Part shown: piece by piece, positions 18,309 to 28,146 of the stretch | Position numbering within the stretch: the stretch's first letter is position 1 | Layout: each line of letters opens with the position of its first letter | Assembly: GCA_963798485.1 (NCBI GenBank) | Contig: CAWCTR010000023.1 | Location: 1 to 64,000, forward strand | Origin: an uncultured delta proteobacterium | GTDB lineage: Bacteria; Desulfobacterota; Desulfomonilia; UBA1062 | Direction of reading: 5' to 3' | DNA: 64,000 nt | Made by a program: the position numbers and the translations under genes | Notes under the pieces: generated by a model | Told to the model about the DNA's origin: nothing | Database searches by the model: none | The model's input: the letters and a program-made list of their open reading frames with translations, nothing else

Positions 18309-18381
18309 ACAACTAATGATTATATTAACAGTAATTCATCGATGATGTCCCACCATCACATTCCACGGGGAGAGATCGGTC

Positions 18382-18882
18382 TTACTGGTTCTGATTGTTC
18401 TTTTTACTCCAGCCACCATGACCGGCCTTGTGGTGTCTGTTTTTCTTCATCTCCTGGGACTTCACGGATAATTGTTTAAATCGATCGGGACCGAGGATGT
18501 TTCTCACCCCGAGCATATATTGCAGATGTGCGTTGTCGAGATTCCGCTTAACCGTCTCAACCTGACTGAACTGGTTATTCAGGGCTGTTCGATCAACCGG
18601 GTTTTCCTCAAGGATGCCCTCAAGTTTTAGGTGTTCCTTTTTCAGAGAGCTTGCCAGAGCCGACATTGTGTCGTGGTTCTGAGCATACAAATTATCAAGA
18701 GCCTGCTTCTCGTCGCTTGTGAGGTTCAGCGCAATAGCCAGCTTCGGCCATTGCCACCACTTGCCCATGGGCATGTCCTTTGCCTGGACCTGCACCGCAA
18801 TAAAAAAGAAGAGAGGCAGGCATAAGAGCACGCCTGAGAGAACCCTTTTTGTTTTGGTTTGTTCTGAATGGTTACCTTTCAT
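18382..18882 (-). CDS. Periplasmic CpxP/Spy-family protein
   Basis: GAGGAGG RBS, signal peptide, GKWW, LNLTSDEK and ILGPDRF (LTxxQ-like) motifs; upstream of cpxRA. Confidence 0.8.
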   Translation of the reverse strand: MKGNHSEQTKTKRVLSGVLLCLPLFFFIAVQVQAKDMPMGKWWQWPKLAIALNLTSDEKQALDNLYAQNHDTMSALASSLKKEHLKLEGILEENPVDRTALNNQFSQVETVKRNLDNAHLQYMLGVRNILGPDRFKQLSVKSQEMKKNRHHKAGHGGWSKKNNQNQ

Positions 18883-18915
18883 AGTTCCTCCTCTATAATT
18901 TTTTCAAACTGCCTA

Positions 18916-18969
18916 TTAAGACGATCTTTTTGATGCATCGTTTACAAGGGAACGGTAAATATTTGTAAA
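18916..18969 (-). promoter_or_regulatory. Perfect CpxR-type box (18955-18969), 8 bp gap, then ECF-type promoter TGTAAAC-N16-CGTCTTAA facing the cpxP-like gene
   Basis: Read directly from the sequence. Confidence 0.72.
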
Positions 18970-19125
18970 GGGCGGGATAGATTCAGTACAAGTGTGAAAA
19001 AAGCAGAGTATATACCTTTTCGTACTGAACCACAAGAACGAGTATTCAACGTGTCGAAGGAATCCCTGTCGGGGAATTCTTAGTCTGACTTGACATCCGG
19101 GCGGTTTTCCAGTTCATACAATGCT

Positions 19126-20073
19126 ATGGGTATAGATGCAGTCGTTGTCGCAGGTGATGGGCGGGCATCAAGGAAGGTGTTCAAAAAGAATAAAGCTCTG
19201 CTCGATATTGGCGGAAAGCCCATGATCAGGCATATTGTCGATACGCTGAAGGCCTGCAAACTCATCGACAATATCGTGGTGGTAGGACCCAAGGAGAAGT
19301 TCGAAGAGGTCATCGGTGAGACCGGTGTGCATATCGTTCAACAGAAGCGAAGCCTAGCCGAGAATGGCTGGGAGGGTTTTCTCCAGACCTTACCCGAATA
19401 CCGAAAGAATCCTGAGATTACCGGGGCATTAATCGATAAGTATTCACAAAAACACATCCTGTTCCTTTCAGGCGATATCCCTCTGATCTGCGTAGAGGAA
19501 CTGGAGGAGTTCATATCGGGATGCGATATGGAGCATAACGACTATGTTGCAGGTATCACCTCCGAAGAGATCTTGCGGCTGTTCGGTCCCAGAAAGGGGA
19601 GGCCCGGCATCAAGATGGCGACATTCCATACCAGGGAAGGGAATTTCAGGCAGAATAACCTCCACATGGCCCGGCCTTTTGTCCTGATGAACAGCATCGA
19701 TCTCGTGCTCAAGGTGTACGAGTTCCGTTATCAGAAAAAATTATTTAATATAGCCAGGGCCATACTGGAAATCATCAGACTAGGGCCCGGTAAGATAGGT
19801 ACGACCTTATTCCTCTACATACTCTTACAGCTATCTGCAGGCCTTTCTGCCCTCGGACTGGAATGGCTTGCCCGTGTCATAAGCTATCCCGTCTGCAGGG
19901 AAAAGATTGAGATGCTCATATCCGCCATCTTCAGCGCACGGTTCAAGATCGTGGAGACCACCATCGGCGGTGCCGCATTGGATGTGGACAACGAGAAGGA
20001 TTTCATGGTGATCTCGGTCATGTACCGCGACTGGCTGAACCAGATCAACCAGAGGATTCACCACTTGGCATAA
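19126..20073 (+). CDS. MobA-like NTP transferase family protein
   Basis: DAVVVAGDGR, NKALLDIGGKPMI, SGDIPL and LDVDNEKD motifs. Confidence 0.8.
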   Translation: MGIDAVVVAGDGRASRKVFKKNKALLDIGGKPMIRHIVDTLKACKLIDNIVVVGPKEKFEEVIGETGVHIVQQKRSLAENGWEGFLQTLPEYRKNPEITGALIDKYSQKHILFLSGDIPLICVEELEEFISGCDMEHNDYVAGITSEEILRLFGPRKGRPGIKMATFHTREGNFRQNNLHMARPFVLMNSIDLVLKVYEFRYQKKLFNIARAILEIIRLGPGKIGTTLFLYILLQLSAGLSALGLEWLARVISYPVCREKIEMLISAIFSARFKIVETTIGGAALDVDNEKDFMVISVMYRDWLNQINQRIHHLA

Positions 20074-21044
20074 TGGTCCTCGGCAAAGCCCGGAGTGTCT
20101 TTTATCCGTATCATCTCTCCTGAGTCAGTCATCAGGGCACCCTCGAACATGCCGATGAGTTGGGTGAACCGGGATGCCGCAAACCCAGTATTGATCTTCT
20201 CCCCCCTGGATGCCTCGGGACGAAAGGAAAGCTCGACCTTTTTATCGAAGGAGGTGACGAGCCAGGGTTTCATGAGGTCGTGGGCATCGAAGATGTAATT
20301 GACCGTGTCCACCTTTGTCATGGCTCCATCTATCCAAAAGGCGTTCTCCGTAAAGCTCGTCTCATTCACCCCGCAGGAGAGGTTGAGGCCGAAGGATCTG
20401 TTGTCAGGCAGTGTTGCAGCAGAGGCTGCCCAGTTCCAGCAGGTCTTCCTCCTCATGTATCCGCAGGTCCAGTCCATCAGAGCCATGGTGGAGGGTGATG
20501 AGACCTCGATCTGTCTGTGACCGACCTTGGCAAAACCGCGCACAAGGACCGGGCTTGTCTTTTGCGTGTAGACCCATCCACGGTACCCGGCCCTTGTGGA
20601 GATCCTTAGGGGTTTCGTGGCCTGAGTGTCGAGATCGAGCTGAAGCGAGATACCTTTCCCCTGTGCCGACACCCGGGAACTGTTTATATCTATGGTGAGT
20701 CCCCCGGAAGAAAAGGTGCTCAAGGGCTGCTCCGGCGCGGGCTTGATGACGGCCCCTGAAACCGAAAGTGATTTAGCTTCATACATACGCCTTGCCTTAC
20801 GGTCATACAGATAGAAAAAACCGTTTGCCAGGTATTTCAGGTCAACGACGGCCAGACCGCCGATGATCTCCGGGCCCATGATACCGATAAAATGAAACTG
20901 ATTAGCCAGGAGCCGCTTCAGGAACTTCGGCAGCCTCAGACCCATAGGTGTCTGGAGGTCATAGTCGAGGTAGTTCACGCTTTGGATGGGTTCGTCATAG
21001 ATACCCCACCCAATCCGGCCCTGATCATCAATGAGTGCTTCCAT
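20058..21044 (-). CDS. DUF2804-like protein
   Basis: W.YTQK, DWTCGYMRRKTCWNWA, LNLSCGVNE..ENAFW, C-terminal GFAEDHYAKW. Confidence 0.75.
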   Translation of the reverse strand: MEALIDDQGRIGWGIYDEPIQSVNYLDYDLQTPMGLRLPKFLKRLLANQFHFIGIMGPEIIGGLAVVDLKYLANGFFYLYDRKARRMYEAKSLSVSGAVIKPAPEQPLSTFSSGGLTIDINSSRVSAQGKGISLQLDLDTQATKPLRISTRAGYRGWVYTQKTSPVLVRGFAKVGHRQIEVSSPSTMALMDWTCGYMRRKTCWNWAASAATLPDNRSFGLNLSCGVNETSFTENAFWIDGAMTKVDTVNYIFDAHDLMKPWLVTSFDKKVELSFRPEASRGEKINTGFAASRFTQLIGMFEGALMTDSGEMIRIKDTPGFAEDHYAKW

Positions 21045-21181
21045 ACAAGTGCCCCCCTCGATAAATGTGCTGTTCTAATAATTTATAATATACGGGAAAC
21101 ACCCATGAGAATCTACTGGTGATCCTTATGAAGAATAGGAGCGGAGCGAAGAGCTAAAGTTAACGATGAAAAGGCATGACC

Positions 21182-23119
21182 CTATTTATCGAGGTAATCC
21201 TCGAAGCCGGGGGTATCAGTCGCCTTTTCAGTGCCCGTTGATACCGTCTTTGCCCCTGTGGGTGCCTTGGGCTTGTCTTTCAGGTAGTCTTCAAATCCTG
21301 GTGTATGTTCGATATTGTCTGTCTTTGTGCCTTTGGGGACGGTCTCAATCTTTGGCTGATCATCAATATAATCCTCAAATCCGGCAATATCGCCCTGATC
21401 CTGGGCCTGTCCCTTGCGCAAAGGGTCTGTCGATTGTTTTTTTTCGGGCTGCCTCAGGTCGAGCATCTTTTCGTTCTGTGCATAGGCCGTTTCAACCACG
21501 TCGGATATCTCCAGCATCTTTTTTACGACATTCCTGACAGCAATGGCCTCTCCCTTAATTTCACCAATGATCTTCTTCGCAGCAGGGCTCAGCTGTATCT
21601 CGCCTGTGAGCATATCAAGCTTTAATAAGATGGTGGTCAGCGGTGAATTAATTTCATGATTTGCCGCAATGGCCGTCTTGGTAACAGCTGCCAGCCTCCC
21701 TGCCTTCATGTTCTTGGTGATAAGCATGGCCCGTTGGATAGCCTGCGAGCTCACCTCGGCAATGGTGCGCAATAGGAGACCTTTCTGGCTGATTTCATCC
21801 GGACCCAGGTTGTCCTTCAGGAGTACCTCGATGGCGCCGATGATCTTTCCGTCCACCTTTAAGGCGGTAAAGATGATACCGCTGGACCTGGGGAAGATGC
21901 CGTTCGTCCTATCCAGCATCTCTTTTGTTGCGCTTGCAATACCTGCCTTGGTCTGAGGGGATTCACCAAGCATGAAGGATTCAGTAACCATGATACGCAG
22001 GTTGTTGAGGCGGATCAGGCACCTGGTCTTTTTGGCATCAAGGATGGCGATTGTATCGGAGGCAATGGTGTTTGTAATCTCAGAGAGCTTCAACGATGCC
22101 TGGAGGTTGCTGCTCATCTGGTTGAGGCTGGCAAGCTCCATTGTTCTGTGTTCCAGGGCCATCTTTTTCTGTTCCAGGTCAAGGCTTAGTCTGCCAAGCT
22201 GGGCATTTGCCGTCTGCAGCACCTCAAAATAGGTCTTGGGCTCGGCCGTAGGGATACCAAGCTCATCGCTGATGGCAGAGATATTGTCCTTCAAAGAGAT
22301 AGAGATATCCTGGATGTCCTGGCTGGTAAGTTTCAGTTGACGCAGCAGAGATGGATCGATGAACCCTGTCTGGATCGCGTTTATCCCAAGCCCCAGGTGG
22401 TTGGCCACCATATCGGCCACGTGGATGATGGAGCATAGTTGCTTGGTCTGTGGATCATCAGTGATGTCGATGAGGCTGTGATGGTATCCAACCGCCTTGC
22501 TGAGGTGACCGGGCAGATTCCAGCGCTCCATGAGGTATTTGCCGATGGATGCGTGATCGATGCCCACGAGGTCCTGTTCGATTTCAATGATATCCGCCCC
22601 GGCGCGATTCATGGCTTCAAATACCTCATTGTATTCGCCATGTTTACAGATGATCTGATCGGCAATAACTTTACCGAGGTCATGCAGCAAACCCGCTACA
22701 AAGGCATCCTCGGCTGAGGCCGGCAGTATTTTGCCTGCTATGGATTTTGCGCACACCGCGCATGCGATGCTGTGTTGCCAGAATTTAAAGAAGTCGAGCG
22801 CATGGCGCTGCTTTTCATTAAACATATTGATGACGCTGATAGAAAGGACAATACTCTTCAAGACATTGAAGCCGAGCAGGACTACGCCGCCGCGTATGGT
22901 GGAAATCTCCTTGATCCTCCGGTAAAATGGTGAGTTCGCAACCTTGAGCACCTTCAGTGAAAGCGCCTGGTCCTTCTCCACCAGCTCGGCGACCTGCCGT
23001 GCGCTTACGCTTGCCTCCATGGTTTTTTCCATGATTGCCGTAGCAATGGATGGCAGCGTCGGCAGCTCGCCGACATTATTGAGGAGGGTCTCAATCTGAT
23101 CAGGAGACAATTTCATCAT
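21182..23119 (-). CDS. HDOD-domain signalling protein with a HisKA-like helix and three C-terminal GFEDY repeats
   Basis: LPTLP, KDQAL..VLKVANSPFY, FWQHS and AGLLHDLGK (HDOD); NHEINSPL H-box; no HATPase domain. Confidence 0.85.
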   Translation of the reverse strand: MMKLSPDQIETLLNNVGELPTLPSIATAIMEKTMEASVSARQVAELVEKDQALSLKVLKVANSPFYRRIKEISTIRGGVVLLGFNVLKSIVLSISVINMFNEKQRHALDFFKFWQHSIACAVCAKSIAGKILPASAEDAFVAGLLHDLGKVIADQIICKHGEYNEVFEAMNRAGADIIEIEQDLVGIDHASIGKYLMERWNLPGHLSKAVGYHHSLIDITDDPQTKQLCSIIHVADMVANHLGLGINAIQTGFIDPSLLRQLKLTSQDIQDISISLKDNISAISDELGIPTAEPKTYFEVLQTANAQLGRLSLDLEQKKMALEHRTMELASLNQMSSNLQASLKLSEITNTIASDTIAILDAKKTRCLIRLNNLRIMVTESFMLGESPQTKAGIASATKEMLDRTNGIFPRSSGIIFTALKVDGKIIGAIEVLLKDNLGPDEISQKGLLLRTIAEVSSQAIQRAMLITKNMKAGRLAAVTKTAIAANHEINSPLTTILLKLDMLTGEIQLSPAAKKIIGEIKGEAIAVRNVVKKMLEISDVVETAYAQNEKMLDLRQPEKKQSTDPLRKGQAQDQGDIAGFEDYIDDQPKIETVPKGTKTDNIEHTPGFEDYLKDKPKAPTGAKTVSTGTEKATDTPGFEDYLDK

Positions 23120-23186
23120 CTCTGATCTTATCGTTCAAACGCCTTCCAATCTTGAGTAAGAACCCCTAATATGGTACTCATCAAGA

Positions 23187-24251
23187 ATGGCGCAGCATCG
23201 TGAACATACACGCAGGATTTACATCGGCGCATGTCCTGTCGGCGGCGGTTCTCCGGTCAGTATCCAATCCATGACCAATACCGCCACTACGGACGTTAGG
23301 CATACGATTGCGCAGATAGAGCAGCTCGAAAGGGCAGGATGCGACATTGTCCGCGTCAGTATCCCGGATGAAGACTCGCTCGTGGCCTTTGGCAAGATCA
23401 AGAAAGGCATCCGTATGCCTCTCATAGCCGACATTCACTTTGACCACCGGCTTGCCATCGGGGCTATTACAGAAGGGGCGGATGGTATCCGTATCAATCC
23501 CGGCAATATCGGTGGGAGAGAAAGGCTTAAGGCCGTGGCTAAGGCTTCGATCGAGCATAAAGTCCCCATCAGGGTCGGGGTCAATCTCGGCTCTCTCAAG
23601 AGGTCTCTTCTTGCAAAATATGCAGATGATCACGTGGGTGCCTTGATTGAAAACGCCCGGCAATATGTAGAGATGCTTGAGGATATGGGTGTAGAGTCCA
23701 TGAAGGTTTCCCTGAAATCTTCTGATGTCTTAGAGACCATCGATTCATACCGGAGGTTCTCCAAGGTTCAATCCTGGCCCCTCCACCTCGGGGTGACGGA
23801 GGCAGGGCCGCTGCTGTCGGGATTGATCCGCTCCTCAGTCGGTATCGGGACACTCCTTGAAGAGGGCATCGGCGATACCATCCGGATCTCGCTCTCAGCC
23901 GACCCGGTCCAGGAGGTCTTTGCCGGCAAGATCCTGCTGGAATGCCTGGGCCTCAGGAAAGAGGGGGTGCGTGTCATTGCATGCCCCACCTGCGCCAGGA
24001 GCTGCGCGGATGTGGCTGCCATTGCCTCCGAGCTGGAAGATGCCCTCAAGAACATCAGGAAACATATGGTCGTGGCGGTCATGGGGTGCGTGGTGAACGG
24101 CCCGGGAGAGGCCAGGATAGCGGATCTTGGAGTGGCATGCGATAAAAAGGGTGCGCTGCTGTTTTCTCATGGGAAACCCCTGCGACGGATCAAGACTACA
24201 GACATTGTGCAAACAATAGTGAATGAACTACACAAGGAGAATGTTTCATGA
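23187..24251 (+). CDS. ispG: (E)-4-hydroxy-3-methylbut-2-enyl-diphosphate synthase
   Basis: IQSMTNT, ADIHFD, RINPGNIG, LHLGVTEAG, CPTCAR and MGCVVNGPGE motifs. Confidence 0.97.
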   Translation: MAQHREHTRRIYIGACPVGGGSPVSIQSMTNTATTDVRHTIAQIEQLERAGCDIVRVSIPDEDSLVAFGKIKKGIRMPLIADIHFDHRLAIGAITEGADGIRINPGNIGGRERLKAVAKASIEHKVPIRVGVNLGSLKRSLLAKYADDHVGALIENARQYVEMLEDMGVESMKVSLKSSDVLETIDSYRRFSKVQSWPLHLGVTEAGPLLSGLIRSSVGIGTLLEEGIGDTIRISLSADPVQEVFAGKILLECLGLRKEGVRVIACPTCARSCADVAAIASELEDALKNIRKHMVVAVMGCVVNGPGEARIADLGVACDKKGALLFSHGKPLRRIKTTDIVQTIVNELHKENVS

Positions 24252-25987
24252 AGATGTCCTCGTTTTTTCTCCACACCCTCAAGGAAGAGCCCCGCGATGC
24301 AGAGGTCGTGAGCCACAAGCTGATGCTGAGGGCATGTATGATCAAGAAGCTTGCCTCAGGTATCTATTCGTACTTGCCCTACGGTCTGAAGGCCATCCGG
24401 AAGGTCGAGAAGATCATCCGAGAAGAGATGGACGCAGCAGGCGCCCAGGAGGTCCTGCTCCCTGCCGTCCAGCCTTCTGAAATATGGAAGGAGAGCGGCA
24501 GGTGGTCAAAGTACGGCAAGGAGCTCCTGCGGGTATCAGACCGCAAGGGTGCGGAATTCGTCATCGGGCCCACCCATGAAGAGGTCATCACCGAGATCGT
24601 GAGGGACTATGTCCATTCCTACAAGGACATCCCCTTGAACCTGTACCAGATCCAGACCAAGTTCCGCGACGAGATCAGGCCGCGCTTCGGGGTTATGAGG
24701 GCGCGGGAGTTCATCATGAAGGATGCCTATTCCTTTGATAAGGACGATCCTGATGCAGAGAAAAGCTATGAAGCCATGTTCAAGGCATATGAGAGGATCT
24801 TCGAGCGGTGCGGACTGAGGTTCAAGGCCGTGGAGGCCGATTCGGGCCCCATCGGCGGTAATTTTTCCCACGAATTCATGGTGCTGGCCGATACCGGTGA
24901 GGACGCCATCCTGAGCTGCGACTCGTGCAATTATGCTGCAAACCAGGAGAGGGCGGAGATCGCCTTGCCTGAAGACAAATCCTTCCCAAAGGGTCCTGAT
25001 GGAAAGCCGGTGGAGGTCCACACCCCTGACATCAGGACCGCCGACGAGGTGTGCGAATTCCTCCAAATTCAGCCCTCAGCGTTGATCAAGACCATGATCT
25101 ACATGACAGAGAACGGCCCTGTAGCGGCATTGGTCAGGGGCGATCACGAGGTCAACGAGGCCAAGCTGAGGCGGGCCCTGGGGTGCGAGTCAGTGGAGCT
25201 CGCAGATGAATTCGCCATAGAAAAATATACCGCGGCCCCGCGAGGGTTTGCAGGCCCTGTCGGTCTTACGGTGAAAAAGGTCGCGGACTCCTCACTCCTT
25301 AAAGGCAGCGCATATGTGACAGGGGCCAACAAGAAGGACTATCATATCAAGGATGTTTGGTTCTCACGCGATATCAAGGTCGACCTGGTGGCGGACATCC
25401 GTGCAGCCATAACAGGAGACAGCTGCCCCCGGTGTCAGGCAGGAAAACTTGAAATCATCCGGGGCATCGAGGTGGGGCATGTCTTCAAGCTCGGCACGAA
25501 GTATTCCAAGACCATGAACGCGCTGTTCCTCGATGATGACGGCCAGCCAAAGCCGCTGATCATGGGCTGCTATGGGATCGGTGTCGGCAGGACAGTGGCG
25601 GCGGCCCTTGAGCAGAACCATGATGATAACGGCATCATATTCCCCCTGGCCATTGCACCGTACCATGTGGTGGTGATTGCTATTAATGTGAATGAAGGGC
25701 CTGCCATGGAAGCGGCGACGCGCATCTATGACGGCCTCATTGCCAAGGGGTTTGATGTATTGATTGATGACAGGGATGTCAGGCCCGGCGTGAAGTTCAA
25801 GGATGCCGACCTTATCGGTGTCCCGTTACGGATAACCGTAGGGGCCAAGGATCTTGCCGGCGGTGTAGTAGAATTCAAGGACAGATCGAGTGGAAAGGTC
25901 GAGAAGATAGGAACCGATGGGATTCTCGATTATTGTGTGAAGCAGCTTGAGGTGAAGGATATTTGCGTTGACCGTACGGATAAATGA
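24248..25987 (+). CDS. proS: Proline--tRNA ligase (with editing insertion)
   Basis: GPTHEE, QTKFRDEIRPRFG, REFIMKDAYSF, GIEVGHVFKLG and MGCYGIG motifs. Confidence 0.98.
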   Translation: MKMSSFFLHTLKEEPRDAEVVSHKLMLRACMIKKLASGIYSYLPYGLKAIRKVEKIIREEMDAAGAQEVLLPAVQPSEIWKESGRWSKYGKELLRVSDRKGAEFVIGPTHEEVITEIVRDYVHSYKDIPLNLYQIQTKFRDEIRPRFGVMRAREFIMKDAYSFDKDDPDAEKSYEAMFKAYERIFERCGLRFKAVEADSGPIGGNFSHEFMVLADTGEDAILSCDSCNYAANQERAEIALPEDKSFPKGPDGKPVEVHTPDIRTADEVCEFLQIQPSALIKTMIYMTENGPVAALVRGDHEVNEAKLRRALGCESVELADEFAIEKYTAAPRGFAGPVGLTVKKVADSSLLKGSAYVTGANKKDYHIKDVWFSRDIKVDLVADIRAAITGDSCPRCQAGKLEIIRGIEVGHVFKLGTKYSKTMNALFLDDDGQPKPLIMGCYGIGVGRTVAAALEQNHDDNGIIFPLAIAPYHVVVIAINVNEGPAMEAATRIYDGLIAKGFDVLIDDRDVRPGVKFKDADLIGVPLRITVGAKDLAGGVVEFKDRSSGKVEKIGTDGILDYCVKQLEVKDICVDRTDK

Positions 25988-28091
25988 CATCCTCGATGAG
26001 GTATCCGCATACGCCCCGGAAGCGGAAAAGCGTCTGATCGAGAAGGCCTATGTCTTTTCCGCCCGGGTTCATCAAGGGCAAACGAGGCTCTCCGGCGAAC
26101 CATACCTCAACCATCCCCTTGAAGTGGCCTTCATGGCCGGACAGATGCATCTTGACACAACGGCCATAGTCGCTTCTCTCCTCCATGACACCGTCGAGGA
26201 CAGCCTCATCACCATAGAAGAGATTAAGGCGGGATTCGGCGATGAGGCGGCACAGGTAGTTGACGGACTCACCAAGATCAGTAAGATGAATTTCCGCTCG
26301 GTGGAAGAACAGCAGGCAGAGAACTTTCGCAAGATGATCCTCGCCATGAGCAAGGACTTAAGGGTTCTTCTCATAAAGCTGGTGGACCGCCTCCATAATA
26401 TGCGAACCCTGGAATACCATAAACGCGAATCACAGATCAGGATCGCACAGGAGACCCTTGATATCTATGCCCCCTTGGCCAACAGGCTCGGTATCCATTG
26501 GCTCCAGGTGGAGCTGGAAGAGTTCAGTCTGAAATACCTGGAACCGGATGATTACCGGATCTTGAAGGCCACATTGGACTCGATAGCCAAAGAGAAAGAT
26601 GAATATATCAAAGAAGTTATAAGACAGATTCAAGCCAAGATCACCGAAGCGGGGATCAAGGCGGAGCTCAAAGGCAGGATAAAACATATCTACAGTGTCT
26701 ATCAGAAGCTCAAACGCCAAGGTATCTCGTTAGAGAATATTTATGATGTCCTCGGGGTACGGGTTCTCGTAACAACAGTGGGTGAGTGTTATGAAACCCT
26801 GGGCATTATCCACTCCATGTGGAAGCCTATCCAGCAGAGGATCAAGGACTTCATCGCCATGCCCAAGCCGAATAAATACCAATCCCTGCATACTACGGTA
26901 TTCGGCCCGGGTGGGGAGAGGATTGAGATCCAGATCAGGACCTTCGAGATGGATTTTATTGCCAATGAAGGGATCGCTGCACACTGGCTCTATAAAGATT
27001 ACTCCAAGCTGAAGGATCAACCCAGGTTCAAGGATCAGCAAGGACATGAGCTATCCTGGCTCAGACGTTTGCTCGAATCACAAAAGGAGCTCAAAGACCC
27101 GCATGAGTTTCTTCAAAGTGTAAAACTCGATCTCTACCCGGAAGATGTCTTTGTCTTCACACCCAGAGGCGAAGTGCTTCAGTTCCCCATGGGAGCGACT
27201 CCCCTTGATTTTGCCTACAGCGTCCATACGCAGCTTGGAAACCAGTGTGCCGGGGCCAAGGTAAACGGTCAGATAGTAAAGTTGAATTACGAACTGAAAA
27301 GCGGAGATGTCATCGAGATCCTCCGGTCTCCGAAACAGCACCCAAGCAAGGACTGGCTGAGGATAGCCAAGACATCGAGGGCAAGAAACAAGATCCAGAC
27401 ATGGTTGAGGACCCAGGAGCGTGAGCAAAGTATCGCCCTTGGCAGGGAGATGCTCGAAAAGAAGTTAAAAAGCCATCATGTCGCGAAAGATATCGATCTT
27501 GAATTCCTTGCAAAAGAGTTCTCGTTTAAGACCACTGAAGATCTTTACGCCTCGATCGGTTTCGGGAGAACCTCGGTTAACCAGGTCATCCACAAGATCA
27601 TGCCCGAGGAGCAGAAGAAGGAGCATAAAGAGGTTACGCCAAAGAAAAGGCAGGTGGGCTCCAGCGTCGTGGTCAAGGGTGTCGAAAACCTGCTTGTCCG
27701 ATATGCCCGCTGCTGCAGGCCCATCCCCGGCGATGAAATCATAGGTTTCATCACACGTGGTAGAGGGATCACGGTTCACCGCATGAATTGCCCCTATGCA
27801 AGCGAAATCGACTCCCAGAGACTTATCCCCGTGGAATGGGATTCCGGAATCAGCGAAAGCCATGAGATAGAGTTCTCAGTCATCTGCGAAGATAAACCAG
27901 GCATGCTTGGTTCAATAACAGCAATCCTGGGGGTAAAAAACATCAACATCACCAAGCTGAACGCCTCCTCCCTTCCGGATGGGAATTCCAGGTGCGTGTT
28001 CAGGGTGCTTGTTAAGGATCTCCGTGAGCTTGAAAAACTTTCCACAGATATCAGAAAACTCAAAGGGGTAGCCGCCATTGAGCGGGTGTAA
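25968..28091 (+). CDS. spoT: Bifunctional (p)ppGpp synthetase/hydrolase (RelA/SpoT long RSH)
   Basis: HD hydrolase LLHDTVED, synthetase YQSLHTT and EIQIRT, plus TGS, CC and ACT domains. Confidence 0.93.
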   Translation: MTVRINDILDEVSAYAPEAEKRLIEKAYVFSARVHQGQTRLSGEPYLNHPLEVAFMAGQMHLDTTAIVASLLHDTVEDSLITIEEIKAGFGDEAAQVVDGLTKISKMNFRSVEEQQAENFRKMILAMSKDLRVLLIKLVDRLHNMRTLEYHKRESQIRIAQETLDIYAPLANRLGIHWLQVELEEFSLKYLEPDDYRILKATLDSIAKEKDEYIKEVIRQIQAKITEAGIKAELKGRIKHIYSVYQKLKRQGISLENIYDVLGVRVLVTTVGECYETLGIIHSMWKPIQQRIKDFIAMPKPNKYQSLHTTVFGPGGERIEIQIRTFEMDFIANEGIAAHWLYKDYSKLKDQPRFKDQQGHELSWLRRLLESQKELKDPHEFLQSVKLDLYPEDVFVFTPRGEVLQFPMGATPLDFAYSVHTQLGNQCAGAKVNGQIVKLNYELKSGDVIEILRSPKQHPSKDWLRIAKTSRARNKIQTWLRTQEREQSIALGREMLEKKLKSHHVAKDIDLEFLAKEFSFKTTEDLYASIGFGRTSVNQVIHKIMPEEQKKEHKEVTPKKRQVGSSVVVKGVENLLVRYARCCRPIPGDEIIGFITRGRGITVHRMNCPYASEIDSQRLIPVEWDSGISESHEIEFSVICEDKPGMLGSITAILGVKNINITKLNASSLPDGNSRCVFRVLVKDLRELEKLSTDIRKLKGVAAIERV

Positions 28092-28146
28092 TGCTGCGAA
28101 GCCGCTCTTTTTCAAAGATAAAGGATATTTCTGCTGTGGTGTTTCC

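Noticed and set aside
19090-19122. TTGACA...TACAAT sigma70 promoter for the NTP transferase
   Set aside because: The spacer is 21 bp, too long for these two elements to act together.
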